Part shown: positions 14,804 through 25,457 of the stretch, one piece after another | Layout of the letters: each line of letters begins with the position of its first letter | How positions within the stretch are numbered: position 1 is the stretch's first letter | Virus record (IMG/VR): IMGVR_UViG_3300005096_000137 | Coordinates: 64,001-128,000 of that record | DNA length: 64,000 nt | Direction: 5' to 3' (one strand) | Source of the DNA: a virus | The notes under the pieces: model-generated | The model's database searches: none | What the model was told of the DNA's origin: nothing | The model's input: only the letters and a program-made list of their open reading frames with translations | Program-made: the position numbers and the translations under genes

Positions 14804-17599
14804 GTGACAGCAGCCATTGATCCGAACGTTCCAGATAATTCTGAGTTCGTCCCCAAAGTATTCATTCAACCCAAGTTCGTCCTTGACGATGTCCGTGACC
14901 AGCTCAAGGTTGGTTTCGACATTGATGCCATTCAGAGGGAAATCGACGCGGGTGCAAAGACATACATCGATAGCGAGACCTGTGGTCTCCACTCCATGAT
15001 GGTCCTCTGGCAATTTGCCATTGATGAAGGACCTATCTACCTCTACCACATCTGGAAAGAACCTGTCTGGAAGACCATGCGGCTCTTCGAGATGCTCATG
15101 GGTCTGGACTACGTGGGGTTCAACCTCTCTTTCGATCACTTCCATGTGGCTAAGATTTACACCATTTGGGAGCGGCTGCCCAAGGACTGGATCCCCGAGG
15201 AGCACATTCTCGATATCGCCATCAATCATGAAGCTCAGGCTCAGATGGGTTCCTGTATCAAGCCTAAACGGGCATGTGACCTAATGCTGTGGTCACGTAA
15301 GGGTAAATTCCAGTCGGCGATGCAGCGTGGAAGTATCCGCATCCGGCGGGTACCCACCATACTATCATATGCCCTCGCGCGAGAATTAGGTCAGCGAGTT
15401 GAGTTGCCAGAGATTTGCTTTGCTAAAGCTCAGGACCCCAAGGGAAACCAGTGGAAGGTCCTGGACCGGGAAGACAAGGAAGGTCTAATCGACGAGCACT
15501 TCAAGGACGTCTCGCTGCGGTTCAACCCCGCCGGCGGTTTGAAGTACCTCACGGAATATGCACTCGGTTGGAAACCCAAGTACCACTTCACGGACGTCGA
15601 GCTTCCACGGACCATGAGCCCACCAGACAAGAAGCTGGGGTATATTCCCACAGCACTCGGCATGGCGCCCGGTGGGGCGGAGGACGATTGGCGGATGTAT
15701 GACAAGCACGGTAAGGAAATCGGACATGCCTGGCCATACTGGATTCAGAAACACATTGATCACTGGGTTGATAGTGAGAAGGCCCAGGAGTACGCCTACG
15801 AGGATATCACGTACACCCGGGCAATGTCTCACTACTTTGAAGACCCTGAACCTGGGGACGATGATAGTGAGTTGGCTTGCATGGTGGGCATCGTTCGCTG
15901 GCATGGCTTCGAGACAAACGATGATGGTCTCCGGGAACTTTGTGTCCTTGCTCAGGCTGAGCTGGATGCCTCTCCAATCAATTGCAATAAAGTTTGGGAA
16001 GTGCGGCGGTTCATTACAGACGCCATGGATGTCGAAGAGGCGGTGATGATCGAGCAGACGACTGATAAGAAAGCCCTGGAGCAAGTAACCAAGTTCCACT
16101 TCGACGAGAATGAGGATGGAGAAGAATGTACCAAGTGTGAGGGCGAGGGTGTCTATCTCCGGGAAGGTACAAAGAACTACCCGGAAGAAGAGATTACGTG
16201 TGTTCGTTGCTCAGGTAACGGGGTAATTGATGCGAGCAAGTCTCCTATCTTTGACCCAACTGGGGGGATTCGGGTGGGCAACCACCCCGCTGCCTTCCGT
16301 GCGCGTCAGCTCTTAGATGTCAAAGCCGCCGTGAAGGAAGTTGAACTTTACAACAAGCTCTTGGCAGCCGGCAAGTTCCATCCCGACTTTAACGTCATTG
16401 GTACATTGAGTACTCGAATGTCCGGCGGCTCCGGGCTGAATGCCCAGGGTATCAAGCATGATAAGTCTGTGCGAAGGATGTTCCCTCTGATGTGGGAGGG
16501 TATGATGCTGAGCGGGGGTGACTTTGATTCATTTGAAGTCGCGATTGCAGCCGCTGTCTATAAGGACCCAGACCTTGTCAATGCTCTGACAAAGAAGGTC
16601 GAGTGTGACGGTTGCAAGCATGGCAAGACCTGTGAGAAGTGTGGTGGGACTGGTCAGGTCGGCGAATTTGAGTGTGTCCACTGTCAAAAGGACGAGAACG
16701 GGACCACAGGTATCCGGAACTGTAAACTCTGTGGGGGCAGCGGAATCTTCCGGAAGAAACTCCACGCCCTGTTTGGGACCGCTCTTTACCCACATGCGTC
16801 CTACGAGGACGTGGTGGACTCTGATGGTACCAGCACAGACATGTACACGGCTGGTAAATCTGGTGTGTTCGCGCTTCTGTATGGTGGTAATTGGGTAACT
16901 CTGGTGAAGAACCTTGGTATCCAAGAAGAGCATGCTCAAGAGGCAGAAGAACGTTTCCTGAAGATGTTCCCCGGTATCCTAGAAGCACGGAAGTTGATTG
17001 AAGATCAATTCCAGAGTATGAAACAGGTTGATGGTCGCCAGATAGTCTGGAGTGACCCCAAGGAATATGTGGAATCACTGCTTGGGTTCCGACGCAGCTT
17101 CGAGCTGGAGAACAAGGTGTGTAAATGCCTGTTTGACCTGGCTCACAATCTGCCACCTAAGTGGAAGGGTAACCAGTGTAAGGTCAAGGTGGTTCGCTCG
17201 CTCGCCAAAGGGGTTCAAACCGCCGGGGGTGCCGTTGCCTCATCCTTGTTTGGTGCTGCCTTCGGGGTTCAAGGCTCCAACGTGCGAGCAGCCGCCAATC
17301 ACCAGATTCAATCGTTAGGGGCAACCCTCTGTAAATTGTTGCAGAGATCCCTGTGGGATTTACAACCCTCGGGGGTGGGGAAGTTGATTATGGCTCCCAT
17401 AAATGTCCACGATGAAGTTCTTTGCGTTATTGATCCGATTTTAGTTGACACCGCCGCCGCTGTGGTCGTCCGTATCGTCGAAGGGAATCGGAAGACTGTA
17501 CCTCTCCTAGGTCTTACCTGGACACTCGATATGGCTAATTGGGCAGAAAAGAAGGGTGGGGCAACCACTCTGAAGATAGCCCCACCGGAGATGAGATGA
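14804..17599 (+). CDS. polA: family A DNA polymerase with 3'-5' exonuclease and CxxCxGxG Zn-finger insertions
   Basis: Exo motifs IDSET, GFNLSFD, YAYED; motif A GDFDSFEV, motif B KSGVFALLYGG, motif C NVHDEV. Confidence 0.92.
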   Translation: MTAAIDPNVPDNSEFVPKVFIQPKFVLDDVRDQLKVGFDIDAIQREIDAGAKTYIDSETCGLHSMMVLWQFAIDEGPIYLYHIWKEPVWKTMRLFEMLMGLDYVGFNLSFDHFHVAKIYTIWERLPKDWIPEEHILDIAINHEAQAQMGSCIKPKRACDLMLWSRKGKFQSAMQRGSIRIRRVPTILSYALARELGQRVELPEICFAKAQDPKGNQWKVLDREDKEGLIDEHFKDVSLRFNPAGGLKYLTEYALGWKPKYHFTDVELPRTMSPPDKKLGYIPTALGMAPGGAEDDWRMYDKHGKEIGHAWPYWIQKHIDHWVDSEKAQEYAYEDITYTRAMSHYFEDPEPGDDDSELACMVGIVRWHGFETNDDGLRELCVLAQAELDASPINCNKVWEVRRFITDAMDVEEAVMIEQTTDKKALEQVTKFHFDENEDGEECTKCEGEGVYLREGTKNYPEEEITCVRCSGNGVIDASKSPIFDPTGGIRVGNHPAAFRARQLLDVKAAVKEVELYNKLLAAGKFHPDFNVIGTLSTRMSGGSGLNAQGIKHDKSVRRMFPLMWEGMMLSGGDFDSFEVAIAAAVYKDPDLVNALTKKVECDGCKHGKTCEKCGGTGQVGEFECVHCQKDENGTTGIRNCKLCGGSGIFRKKLHALFGTALYPHASYEDVVDSDGTSTDMYTAGKSGVFALLYGGNWVTLVKNLGIQEEHAQEAEERFLKMFPGILEARKLIEDQFQSMKQVDGRQIVWSDPKEYVESLLGFRRSFELENKVCKCLFDLAHNLPPKWKGNQCKVKVVRSLAKGVQTAGGAVASSLFGAAFGVQGSNVRAAANHQIQSLGATLCKLLQRSLWDLQPSGVGKLIMAPINVHDEVLCVIDPILVDTAAAVVVRIVEGNRKTVPLLGLTWTLDMANWAEKKGGATTLKIAPPEMR

Positions 17600-18255
17600 C
17601 ACTTACCCTTCAACAGGTCCTTGATGCTGTTTCTCTCCATTCTCGATGGCGAGGGATGCGGAGGCGGTGTTATGATTCCCGCACTCGTGGGTACGATCAC
17701 TATGGTGGTCGGGGTATCCAAGTGTGTGCAGCGTGGGAGGACTTCAACACATTCGCTGAGTGGTCCGTTAACAACGGGTACGACTCAGAGCTGTCCCTTG
17801 ATCGCCGGGATGGGGGCGGGGATTATACGCCCAGTAATTGCCGTTGGACAACCTCCACAGTTCAGAATCGAAACAAGGCAAGTGTGACCCTGACGCTGAC
17901 ACAGGTCGCGGAGATTCGCTGGCTGTGTGGGCAAGGGAAATCATTCTCCTCAATTGGCCAACTGTACTCTGTAAACGGTGGGTCGTGCAAGCAGATACAT
18001 GATGGGGCTTCCTATCAGGAGGTCACGGCAAAACCGCCAAAGGATTTTAAGGAAGTTGTGAATTCACTAAAAGACCGACGAGAAAGTCCACGACCACCCC
18101 AGAGTATCACAATTGATGGTCGCGAATTCCCAACCATTTCCGAGGGCGCCCGGCATACCCAGATACCCCGTACGCGGCTGTCGGTTGCCCTCCACAAAGG
18201 CTACCATACCTGTAGGGGTGTCAATAACCAGAAACACAAGGTATCATTCAAATGA
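17596..18255 (+). CDS. free-standing HNH-type homing endonuclease
   Basis: WRGMRRRC, YGGRGIQVC..W, SLDRRD...DY.PSNCRW, QNRNK; ATGA overlap with pol stop. Confidence 0.85.
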   Translation: MTLTLQQVLDAVSLHSRWRGMRRRCYDSRTRGYDHYGGRGIQVCAAWEDFNTFAEWSVNNGYDSELSLDRRDGGGDYTPSNCRWTTSTVQNRNKASVTLTLTQVAEIRWLCGQGKSFSSIGQLYSVNGGSCKQIHDGASYQEVTAKPPKDFKEVVNSLKDRRESPRPPQSITIDGREFPTISEGARHTQIPRTRLSVALHKGYHTCRGVNNQKHKVSFK

Positions 18256-18446
18256 GCCAGACCAAAGAAGAACAAACGAAGCAGGACCAACAATGGGTAG
18301 CCACCTGGTTGGAGTCCCTCCAAGCCGGCACTGTCCAACACCTCGCCCGACACTACAATCTGATTAAGTGGTACGAAACTGAACCCTCAGACTATCTCCG
18401 AACGCAACTCATGCTTCACTTAACCCAGGAAACATCAGTTGGCTAA
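18252..18446 (+). CDS. hypothetical protein
   Basis: ATGA coupling. Confidence 0.55.
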   Translation: MSQTKEEQTKQDQQWVATWLESLQAGTVQHLARHYNLIKWYETEPSDYLRTQLMLHLTQETSVG

Positions 18447-18894
18447 GAAGAAACGGAAGAACAAGTTCAAGCGGAACGCCGAGGAGACCAGACTACGCGA
18501 TAAGGTCATACGACCCATGCTGATTGACCTAGGCTGGCGTTGTGAGGTGACTCACGGGAACAAGTACATGAAGGGCTTCCCGGACCTCTACCTTATGCAC
18601 CCGGAGTTTGGTACTCGATGGGTCGATGTGAAGGTCAAAGGGCAATACGAGTACACCAAGGCACAGCAAGAGAAGTGGCCTATCTGGCACCAATTCAAGG
18701 TTGGTATCTGGATCATGGTGGATGGTACCGAAGCTGAGTACGAAAAGCTCTTCAAAGTACCAAATTGGCAAGATTACTGGAAGAAGAAGTACGGAGACCC
18801 TTTCCGCGCGTTTGATCCGGAAAGTGACTACGACGAGAGTTATGGGTTCGACCTGGAAGCTCTCCTGGACACCATTGAAGAAATCGAGGAATAA
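18439..18894 (+). CDS. VRR-NUC/Holliday-junction-resolvase-like PD-(D/E)XK nuclease
   Basis: EE...GFPDL...WVDVK...T.AQ. Confidence 0.75.
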   Translation: MAKKKRKNKFKRNAEETRLRDKVIRPMLIDLGWRCEVTHGNKYMKGFPDLYLMHPEFGTRWVDVKVKGQYEYTKAQQEKWPIWHQFKVGIWIMVDGTEAEYEKLFKVPNWQDYWKKKYGDPFRAFDPESDYDESYGFDLEALLDTIEEIEE

Positions 18895-18895
18895 G

Positions 18896-18952
18896 ATGAC
18901 ACCTGAACATATGACACCTGAACATATGACACCTGAACATATGACACCTGAA
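18896..18952 (+). repeat. 15-bp tandem repeat (ATGACACCTGAACAT x3.8) encoding MTPEH
   Basis: Read directly from sequence. Confidence 0.95.
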
Positions 18953-19486
18953 GATTACTTGCGGAATGCTTACTGTATTGCCTCCCAGAGCCGTGATTCC
19001 TCCAGTCAGAATGGATCCACGCTTGTGGGTCTCGGTGGTAGTATCATTGGCACGGGCGCCAATAACTTCCCCATCGGTGTCTCGTTTACTCGGGACCGAT
19101 CCGAGAAACGACCGGATAAGTACACCTACTTTGAGCACGCGGAACGGAACTCCATCTACTCGGCAGCCCGAGCCGGCAATTCTGTCTATGGAGCCACCAT
19201 GTACTGCCCGTGGGCAGCCTGCTGTGATTGTGCGCGTGGAATCATCAATGCAGGGGTGCGGGTCCTCTACATGCACAAGGAACGGATGGTGATGACCCCA
19301 AAGCGGTGGGGCGATTCGGTTATTAAAGCACAAGAAATGATGACGGAGGCCGGGATTGAGCTGGTGTTCCACCAAGGTCCCATTACCGATTGCCCTGACA
19401 TTCGTGTAAATGGTGAACTCTGGAACCCTTTCCAACCTCCTTTAGAGGGGGCTCTGGGTAACCAATCTGAGGGGATGGGGACATGA
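18896..19486 (+). CDS. dCMP deaminase
   Basis: HAERN and CCDCARGII zinc motifs. Confidence 0.9.
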   Translation: MTPEHMTPEHMTPEHMTPEDYLRNAYCIASQSRDSSSQNGSTLVGLGGSIIGTGANNFPIGVSFTRDRSEKRPDKYTYFEHAERNSIYSAARAGNSVYGATMYCPWAACCDCARGIINAGVRVLYMHKERMVMTPKRWGDSVIKAQEMMTEAGIELVFHQGPITDCPDIRVNGELWNPFQPPLEGALGNQSEGMGT

Positions 19487-19673
19487 TTTGGGCGCAAAAC
19501 AACCGGGCTTGACTTATCCCCCGCATGTGGTAAGTTTTAGAGACTTAATCCTTGTGTTTCATGAAGCTGGAGGTTATAATAGTGGTTGACGAATCAATTC
19601 TCTTTGTATCTAAGTTATTGCTGGGTCTGCTCTTAGGGGGTGGCTTAGCTCACCTCCTTTTCCGGAACCCCTG

Positions 19674-20171
19674 ATGAAAGAGCTGAAAACTCCCAATTCC
19701 TGGTCCTGCCTGCCAACAGCCTTTGCCATTGCCCTTGAGGTCCCTCTGGAAGCCGTTCTCGCCATTGTTGGACACGATGGCTCTGAGGAGAGGTTCAAGT
19801 CCTTACCGGACCCACAGCGTCGTCGTGGGTTCCACCATCAGGAACTGGTGAAGATGTGCGTAGAAGATGGGATGTCAGTTACGCCCATTGAACTAATACC
19901 AGCGATTGCCCCTTATGGTGAACCAATACCCTATGGGGACCCTGAGGGAGAACTCGACTGGTTTTTCCAGAATCTACGGAATAGCAGAGGTGTCCTGGAA
20001 TGTAGAACGTCCATGGGCATCGGGCACGCTATTGCTTACAACGGGTGTACACATTCCATTGAGGTCTGTGACCCTCGCAATGGTGAGAGGTTCGACATGG
20101 CAACCCTCGACGACCTCCAGAAACGGGGGTTGTTTGTGTTTAGCATGTGGAGGGTGGATCCCATCTCATGA
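19674..20171 (+). CDS. papain-like (C39-like) cysteine peptidase
   Basis: SCLPTAFAIAL...HAIAY...VCDP Cys-His-Asp arrangement. Confidence 0.6.
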   Translation: MKELKTPNSWSCLPTAFAIALEVPLEAVLAIVGHDGSEERFKSLPDPQRRRGFHHQELVKMCVEDGMSVTPIELIPAIAPYGEPIPYGDPEGELDWFFQNLRNSRGVLECRTSMGIGHAIAYNGCTHSIEVCDPRNGERFDMATLDDLQKRGLFVFSMWRVDPIS

Positions 20172-20776
20172 AAGAACCCAAACACCCATTGTTGATTGGT
20201 TCCGGACAGAGTGCCTCCCAGGAAAGCAATCATCGAGACATTTTAGTGATACGGGCACTACAACCTGGTCCCCACCAAACGGATCTCATCAACGACATGA
20301 TCCTCGCCAATATTCCCTTGGTGTTCCTGAAAGTGGGGTCCTACATCGACCTTCATTCGTCCGCAACTCATCTCAAGGAAGAAATGACTAATGAAGGTTC
20401 GCTGGCACTCACTCTCGCTGTTCAGAAACTAGCTGCTATGGGTACCCCTAGTGACGGCGGGAATCCCACTGGTTTTGTGGGTCAGCGTATCATCTGGGCT
20501 ATTTCCCGAGTGGCCGAGAAGGATGCTAAACAGAAGTTCCCTGCTGAGGCTATCAAAGAGGACATCCCTCTGGACCCTTGTGCCAACATTGAGACCCTGG
20601 ATATGCTGGAGGTAGCCTGCCATACTCCGGAAGATGTGATCCTTATCCATGCACGATTACGGGGTAGTACCAACCAAGAGATCGCGGATATCCTCGGAAC
20701 CACAAAGACCGCTGTGTCTCTCCAATGTCAAGACATTCGAGATCGATTTGAGATGTTACAAAGGGACGCCCAATGA
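20168..20776 (+). CDS. sigma70-family sigma factor-like protein
   Basis: Region 2-like MILANIPLV...EGSLAL..AV; region 4 HTH GSTNQEIADILGTTKTAVS. Confidence 0.7.
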   Translation: MKEPKHPLLIGSGQSASQESNHRDILVIRALQPGPHQTDLINDMILANIPLVFLKVGSYIDLHSSATHLKEEMTNEGSLALTLAVQKLAAMGTPSDGGNPTGFVGQRIIWAISRVAEKDAKQKFPAEAIKEDIPLDPCANIETLDMLEVACHTPEDVILIHARLRGSTNQEIADILGTTKTAVSLQCQDIRDRFEMLQRDAQ

Positions 20777-21360
20777 AACGAATAGTTCTTGATGTTGATG
20801 ATGTACTCAATGGGCTCACCATGCACATTCTTCGGCATTTCAAGTGTGATGTAGGTCCTTTCGAGTACAATATCTTTCCGACGGAAGTCGGGTATGATGT
20901 CATGACCGCTTGCCAAGTACTTCGAGGTGATGCCCCTACAGACCCGGCAGAGTTCTGGGATGAGGTCACACGGGCCGACCTATGGCGGACTGCCCCCAAG
21001 TCTCCCCAGTGTGATTGGCTCATGGAGATTGCTGCGGACATTGTGGGTCGGGACCAGGTGTTACTGGCCACCACACCAACGAAAGATCCCCAGTGCCATG
21101 CTGATAAGCTAGAGTGGATCTGGGAGAATTTACCTCCATGGATACACCGACAGTACAACCTCACTCCTCGGAAATGGTGTCTCGCCAAACCCGGGGTCAT
21201 ACTCTTTGACGATCATATAGCTAACTGTGAAGAGTTCATCGAAGAAGGTGGCGAAGCCCTACTCGTCCCCCGTCCATGGAACCCCGACCACGTGAAAGAC
21301 ACTGATTCAACTATTAACAACTGCCTTAACATCCTCAGATTGGAGATGACCTATGAGTGA
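20773..21360 (+). CDS. 5'(3')-deoxyribonucleotidase (HAD, NT5C-like)
   Basis: LDVDDVL, ATTP, KLEW, LFDD, PRPWN. Confidence 0.85.
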   Translation: MKRIVLDVDDVLNGLTMHILRHFKCDVGPFEYNIFPTEVGYDVMTACQVLRGDAPTDPAEFWDEVTRADLWRTAPKSPQCDWLMEIAADIVGRDQVLLATTPTKDPQCHADKLEWIWENLPPWIHRQYNLTPRKWCLAKPGVILFDDHIANCEEFIEEGGEALLVPRPWNPDHVKDTDSTINNCLNILRLEMTYE

Positions 21361-21805
21361 CCGATACCGTATTGCCCTATTGTATTTTGTGATATTCATG
21401 TGCCTGGGCGCCACTATCTTTCACACCTACATGGTTCGTGAAATGGCTACCAATTCGTTTATGGTAGACGCCTATGCCTCGTCCCTTTCAGTTCAAGCTG
21501 ACCATATTGCCAAGCTTGACGGTCGTGTGGAACGTATCGCCAAACAGTTTGTAAACTTGGTGGAAATCAATCAGAATTTGGAGTTGCAGCTTGAGTTTTC
21601 GAGTATAATAATGAAAGGGCAGGATGACTATGTCCGTCAACTCCTAGATACCCTGGGCACAAATGGGATTCCTATCCCACTGCCTAACAACCCCATTTTC
21701 CCGGAATTCCAACTTACACCCTTGGGACCTCAGTCAGTGGTTCCCAGTGGTCTTGACAAGAATGGGAATCCGGTAAACCCTTTAGAGGTTGCACCCGCAA
21801 CCTAA
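21353..21805 (+). CDS. membrane-anchored coiled-coil protein
   Basis: N-terminal TM helix, coiled coil, Pro-rich tail. Confidence 0.6.
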   Translation: MSDRYRIALLYFVIFMCLGATIFHTYMVREMATNSFMVDAYASSLSVQADHIAKLDGRVERIAKQFVNLVEINQNLELQLEFSSIIMKGQDDYVRQLLDTLGTNGIPIPLPNNPIFPEFQLTPLGPQSVVPSGLDKNGNPVNPLEVAPAT

Positions 21806-21811
21806 TCGGAG

Positions 21812-22942
21812 ATGATAATGCCTGTTGCTACTGAACTCAAACGACGTGAATTTCTCCAGCTTGCCCATACATACAAGCCTGAGAAACCACCCAAGGGTGG
21901 TTGGAACTTGGGCGGTTACCTCTCGTCAGAGAAGTTGGACGGTGGGCGTTGCTTTTGGGATGGGGGTTTATCCCGAGGGATGAACACAGTCGATGTTCCT
22001 TGGGCGAGTGTGACTGACCCAAAGACAGGTGGACGTAAGAAGAAGATCAAGCCAAAAGCCACAGGGTTGTGGTCTCGCTATGGTAATCCCATTATGGCCC
22101 CCGACTTCTTCCTCAATGGGCTTCCTACCTTCCCCCTCGATGGGGAACTCACAGCCGGTCGTGGTCGTTTTCAATACACCATGTCAGTGATTCGGAAAGA
22201 CAATCCTGTCGAAAACGAATGGTCGGACATCCAGTTTGCCGTTTACGGGAGCCCGCCACTCAGTGCAATCTTCGGCGATGGTGAAATCAAGAACGCCAAT
22301 TTCCATTGTGCCCTCCGTTGGGACGCAATTCGACCTTGGGTTCAGCAGCGGGCAAAGAAGCTTGGTGGCCACTTTCGTGAATGTGGGAATGGTGATACTT
22401 TCGCGCAGGAACTCATGGTCATCAAAGATGTACTGGAGACCCAGACGGACTTTGCCTACCTTCATAGACAGGTTGTTTTACCATCCAATCATCAGTTAGC
22501 CCTCGACGAGATTGAACGTCAACTGGAAACAGTCCTGGACGCGGGTGGTGAGGGGTTGATTCTTCGAGCCCCCCAAGGTCTCTGGGTGCCCAAGCGGATG
22601 AAATACATCCTGAAGTACAAGCCCTACCTCGACTCGGAAGCAACCATCACTGGCTTTACCTCCGGACGTATTGGTAAGACGGGTCAGCGGAAGGGTTTGA
22701 TTGGTGCCATGATTACTGACTACAAGGGTAAGAGGTTGGAAGTTGCTGGGTTCAACTTTAAGGAACTCGAATTCGCTAAAGACTTGATGATTCAACATGC
22801 CGCGAACCACCCAGGTGAAGACATGCCATCCGACTTCCAGGGTCTCCACTTCAAAGTGGGAGACACCCTCACCTTCCGCTACCGAGAACTTTCTGACGAT
22901 GGCATCCCCAAGGATGCCCGTTACCTTCGCTCAGCCAACTAG
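21812..22942 (+). CDS. ATP-dependent DNA ligase
   Basis: SEKLDG, LDGEL, EGLILR, LKYKP, C-terminal OB fold with TFRYREL..GIP. Confidence 0.9.
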   Translation: MIMPVATELKRREFLQLAHTYKPEKPPKGGWNLGGYLSSEKLDGGRCFWDGGLSRGMNTVDVPWASVTDPKTGGRKKKIKPKATGLWSRYGNPIMAPDFFLNGLPTFPLDGELTAGRGRFQYTMSVIRKDNPVENEWSDIQFAVYGSPPLSAIFGDGEIKNANFHCALRWDAIRPWVQQRAKKLGGHFRECGNGDTFAQELMVIKDVLETQTDFAYLHRQVVLPSNHQLALDEIERQLETVLDAGGEGLILRAPQGLWVPKRMKYILKYKPYLDSEATITGFTSGRIGKTGQRKGLIGAMITDYKGKRLEVAGFNFKELEFAKDLMIQHAANHPGEDMPSDFQGLHFKVGDTLTFRYRELSDDGIPKDARYLRSAN

Positions 22943-22993
22943 TACCCAGTCACCAGTACCCTCAGTCCCCAAGTAATCCTAGAGGAGCCAGTA

Positions 22994-24049
22994 GTGAGAA
23001 TTCCAAAATCGTTATCTCCGTCAGCATTCATGCTGTGGGAGAAAGATCCTACCGAGTATACAATGAAGTATCTGGTGGACGAGAAACCACCCCGTGACCC
23101 TCAGAGCCTCCCGATGTCAGTTGGTTCGGCTTTCGATGCAGTGGTGAAGTCCAAGCTCCACTCTGCCATATTCGGCGAAGGTAATGACCCACAGTTTGAG
23201 TTTGACGCCCTGTTTGAATCCCAGGTCGAATCTCATAATCGGGATGAGGCCCGGAGGATGGGCCTCCATGTGTTCGAGGACTATGACGCTACAGGGTCCT
23301 ATCAAGATTTACTTGATATGATGGATGGCGCTCAGGAGGCTCCACGATTCGAGTTTGATGCTGGCGCCACTCTGGAAGGTATCCCATTGTTTGGAAAACC
23401 TGACTGTTGCTTCATCAATCGAGACTGGGTCCGGGTTATTCTGGACTGGAAGGTCCGGGGTTACTGCTCCGTCCATAGTGCCAGCCCAACAAAGGGTTAC
23501 TTGTTATGCCGTGATGGGCTTGGTTGGATGGAACGGAACTTCACCAAAGCCAAGCTGAAGAAGATTGACGCAGGTATCGAAGGTGTGGTAGGCGCTCAGA
23601 GCCTAACTAACGGGAAGCCCCACAAACTGGTTCTTCCGGGTGACATCAAAGGTTTCCCGATCAATCAAGGATTCCTGGAGACCTGTAGTCCCACGTGGGC
23701 AATTCAATTGTCTATCTACAGTTGGATCACTGGTTCGGATGTCGGTGACGAAGATGTTGCAATCTGCCTTGATGAGGTAGCTTGTAAGTACATGGGTGAA
23801 GGTGAGAAACCCCTAATGCGTATAGCGAACCACCGCGCTCGTATTAGTTCGACTTTCCAGAAAGACCTTTTTGCCCGTATCCAGAAACTCTGGACAGCAA
23901 TTAACGATGGTCATATCTTCCAGGAAATGACCCGCGAAGATAGTGACAACCTCGTGACTATGCTTCAGGCGCGTGCCAGTGGCATGGGAATTGACACTGG
24001 TTCCGAAGACGATGAATGGTTTGCTAACCTTGGGAGACCCACGTACTAA
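22994..24049 (+). CDS. PD-(D/E)XK (RecB/Cas4-like) exonuclease
   Basis: LSPS, GSAFD, GKPD, LDWK, QLSIY. Confidence 0.8.
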   Translation: MRIPKSLSPSAFMLWEKDPTEYTMKYLVDEKPPRDPQSLPMSVGSAFDAVVKSKLHSAIFGEGNDPQFEFDALFESQVESHNRDEARRMGLHVFEDYDATGSYQDLLDMMDGAQEAPRFEFDAGATLEGIPLFGKPDCCFINRDWVRVILDWKVRGYCSVHSASPTKGYLLCRDGLGWMERNFTKAKLKKIDAGIEGVVGAQSLTNGKPHKLVLPGDIKGFPINQGFLETCSPTWAIQLSIYSWITGSDVGDEDVAICLDEVACKYMGEGEKPLMRIANHRARISSTFQKDLFARIQKLWTAINDGHIFQEMTREDSDNLVTMLQARASGMGIDTGSEDDEWFANLGRPTY

Positions 24050-24549
24050 TGACTGATTTCCGTGAAGCTGTGATGGGCGATTTACCACATTTACAAAACC
24101 TAGATTTGAAAGGATACGAACAACAGCCCGAGACCATGGACTGGTGGAAATCAGTCATCACCAACCCCTCAATGACGTGTGTTGTTGCCTGTCAGAACCA
24201 GACTCCCATTGGCATGGTAGTCTGGACACACCAGGAGTTTCAGAAACCATCTCCTATGTCTGGTCAAACTACGGTCCACGTTCACAAAATATGTGTCCAG
24301 AAGGGGTTTAGATACCGAGGGATTGGTTCCTCTTTGATGGCAAAGGCCCGCAAAGAGACCTACCGTCTGAAGTGCAAAACCATGAGTATCTCGGTGCCAG
24401 AGTACCAATGTATTTCGGATGACCCTGACAATGTTAGTCAGTGGCTACACAAACTGGGATTCAAGGCAGATTCAGTCTTACCCGTACCTCTCCATTTATA
24501 CGGGAAGAACTATGATCAGTACCTGTTTCTCTTTGAGGTGCCGAAATGA
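24049..24549 (+). CDS. GNAT acetyltransferase
   Basis: ICVQKGFRYRGIGSSLM, LHKLGF. Confidence 0.85.
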   Translation: MTDFREAVMGDLPHLQNLDLKGYEQQPETMDWWKSVITNPSMTCVVACQNQTPIGMVVWTHQEFQKPSPMSGQTTVHVHKICVQKGFRYRGIGSSLMAKARKETYRLKCKTMSISVPEYQCISDDPDNVSQWLHKLGFKADSVLPVPLHLYGKNYDQYLFLFEVPK

Positions 24550-24992
24550 GCGAGACAACCCCAAATGTTGGAGGACATCCTGAGACTGAGGCCGGTCCTG
24601 ATGGTTCCTTCCTGAACCCTGATGCTGGCCTCCAGGACTTTGATGCTGAAGCCCACCTCCGAGTCCTTCGTCATGATTCGGATCCTCGCATGGGTATTGT
24701 TCTCTTACTTGAACACACTGCTGTGCTCGCTGAGTCAATGGGGGTCAACATTGGGTGGCAGATTCATTCAGCAGTGGACGATTACCCCCTGGACCTTGAT
24801 AAGTTCGAGGAGGCCCTCGGGTGGTTATCCGCCACCCTTGTTGACACCAAGCTACGCAGTGAGATAGATGTGGACTCCCTGTTAGCCGAGTTAAATGCAC
24901 CCAAGGCTCCCGTGGTTACTGGGATCATTGTAGACCCCACAATCGATGTGGATTCATCAAGCAAGGGAGGGACTAATGAAGATACACCCTAG
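24546..24992 (+). CDS. hypothetical protein
   Basis: ATGA coupling, GAGG RBS. Confidence 0.6.
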   Translation: MSETTPNVGGHPETEAGPDGSFLNPDAGLQDFDAEAHLRVLRHDSDPRMGIVLLLEHTAVLAESMGVNIGWQIHSAVDDYPLDLDKFEEALGWLSATLVDTKLRSEIDVDSLLAELNAPKAPVVTGIIVDPTIDVDSSSKGGTNEDTP

Positions 24993-25197
24993 GGCTCTTG
25001 AAGCCCTCAAGGGCGCAAAGATAACCGGTGAAACTCTAGCGGAGATATTCACTGTGATGGAAGCACAAACAAACGTGGTGGGTGGTATCAGTAACAATTA
25101 CACCATTGACTACCAACACCCCGATTACGAAGTCACCGCCGATACCCTCATACCCCAACTGATTCTGGTTTTACGTCCAGCGGAGGTCTGCGAATGA
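24976..25197 (+). CDS. hypothetical protein
   Basis: GGAGG RBS. Confidence 0.6.
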   Translation: MKIHPRALEALKGAKITGETLAEIFTVMEAQTNVVGGISNNYTIDYQHPDYEVTADTLIPQLILVLRPAEVCE

Positions 25198-25457
25198 TGG
25201 GTTCCTTGTTAGGGTGGTCCGGGAACATTGCAACAGTTATGGGAATTGGGATGGTCTCATACAAACTGCGAATCGGGTTTCTGTTCGGTATTCTCGGAGG
25301 TCTGTTTTGGGGCATACAAGGTACCTTGACACACCAGATGGACTTGGTTATACTAGAGATTGTGATAGCAATTATCCAAGCTTTTTCATGGTGGAAGTGG
25401 GGGAAGGCAGATGTGGGACCAGTGTGTCGAGTTTGTTCAAAACCAGTTACAGAATAA
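25194..25457 (+). CDS. small 3-TM membrane protein (PnuC-like half transporter?)
   Basis: Three hydrophobic helices ending WWKW. Confidence 0.5.
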   Translation: MMGSLLGWSGNIATVMGIGMVSYKLRIGFLFGILGGLFWGIQGTLTHQMDLVILEIVIAIIQAFSWWKWGKADVGPVCRVCSKPVTE

